Assembly (NCBI RefSeq): GCF_009914755.1
Contig: NC_060930.1
Reading direction: 5' to 3' (one strand)
Length of the DNA stretch: 64,000 bases
DNA from: the human T2T-CHM13v2.0 reference genome, Homo sapiens
The position numbers were made by a program, and so were the translations under genes. Below the pieces are notes generated by a model. That model made no database searches. It worked only from the letters and a program-made list of their open reading frames with translations, and was not told where the DNA came from. Positions 63,623 to 64,000 of this stretch are shown piece by piece. Every line of letters begins with the position of its first letter. Within the stretch, counting starts at the first letter, position 1.

Positions 63623-64000
63623 TTTTAGAATGCAAATTCTTAGCTGGTAAGGACTATATTAGAGGATCACTAATGTGATATAGCCAGAAGAATATTCAGA
63701 AGTGCGTTCAAAAAATCATTTAGTTGTGGTTGAATCTAGCTGCAACTTGGGTAAAACTTTTTTTTTTTTTTGCTACATTAGTAATATTTTCTTTGAATAG
63801 ATTACTATGGTATGGAATTTATGTCTCGAAGGATTGGGGTTTTTAATACATGTCGCCAAATAGCCCCCCCGCCCCTGCCAAAAAGGGTTACATGTTTGCC
63901 CTTCCATTAGCAGAGTAGGGTCGGAGACTGTTTATTCTCTTGTCACCATTTTCAACACTAGGTTATATGTTTTTTTTTAACTCCATGTCAATTAACTAGA

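Overview
Primate, almost certainly human, euchromatic DNA (a human-specific AluYa5 is present). It is AT-rich and dominated by interspersed repeats: an old L1 carrying a full THE1D provirus, a full-length inactivated L1PA4/5, an Hsmar1 transposon, solo LTRs, Alus, L2/MIR and MER elements. I cannot support any intact cellular protein-coding gene; nearly all long ORFs are L1, Alu, THE1 or Hsmar1 remnants. The most notable observations are: (1) a chimeric retro-insertion at 7066-8050, where an L1 3' end and the 3' half of a DHFR cDNA sit inside one 13-bp TSD; (2) a retrocopy of the 3' half of initiator tRNA-Met, with CCA and poly(A), starting inside the anticodon (53498-53558); (3) an L1 ORF0 frame open for 164 codons and running out into the flank; (4) several templated or captured insertions with fold-back scars, including a 3'UTR-like piece inside an L1 (63061-63397); (5) a 1.45-kb AT-only array; (6) a weak, speculative trace of a decayed multi-exon gene on the minus strand. 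Repeat subfamily names come from recalled consensus sequences, and boundaries of old repeats are approximate.
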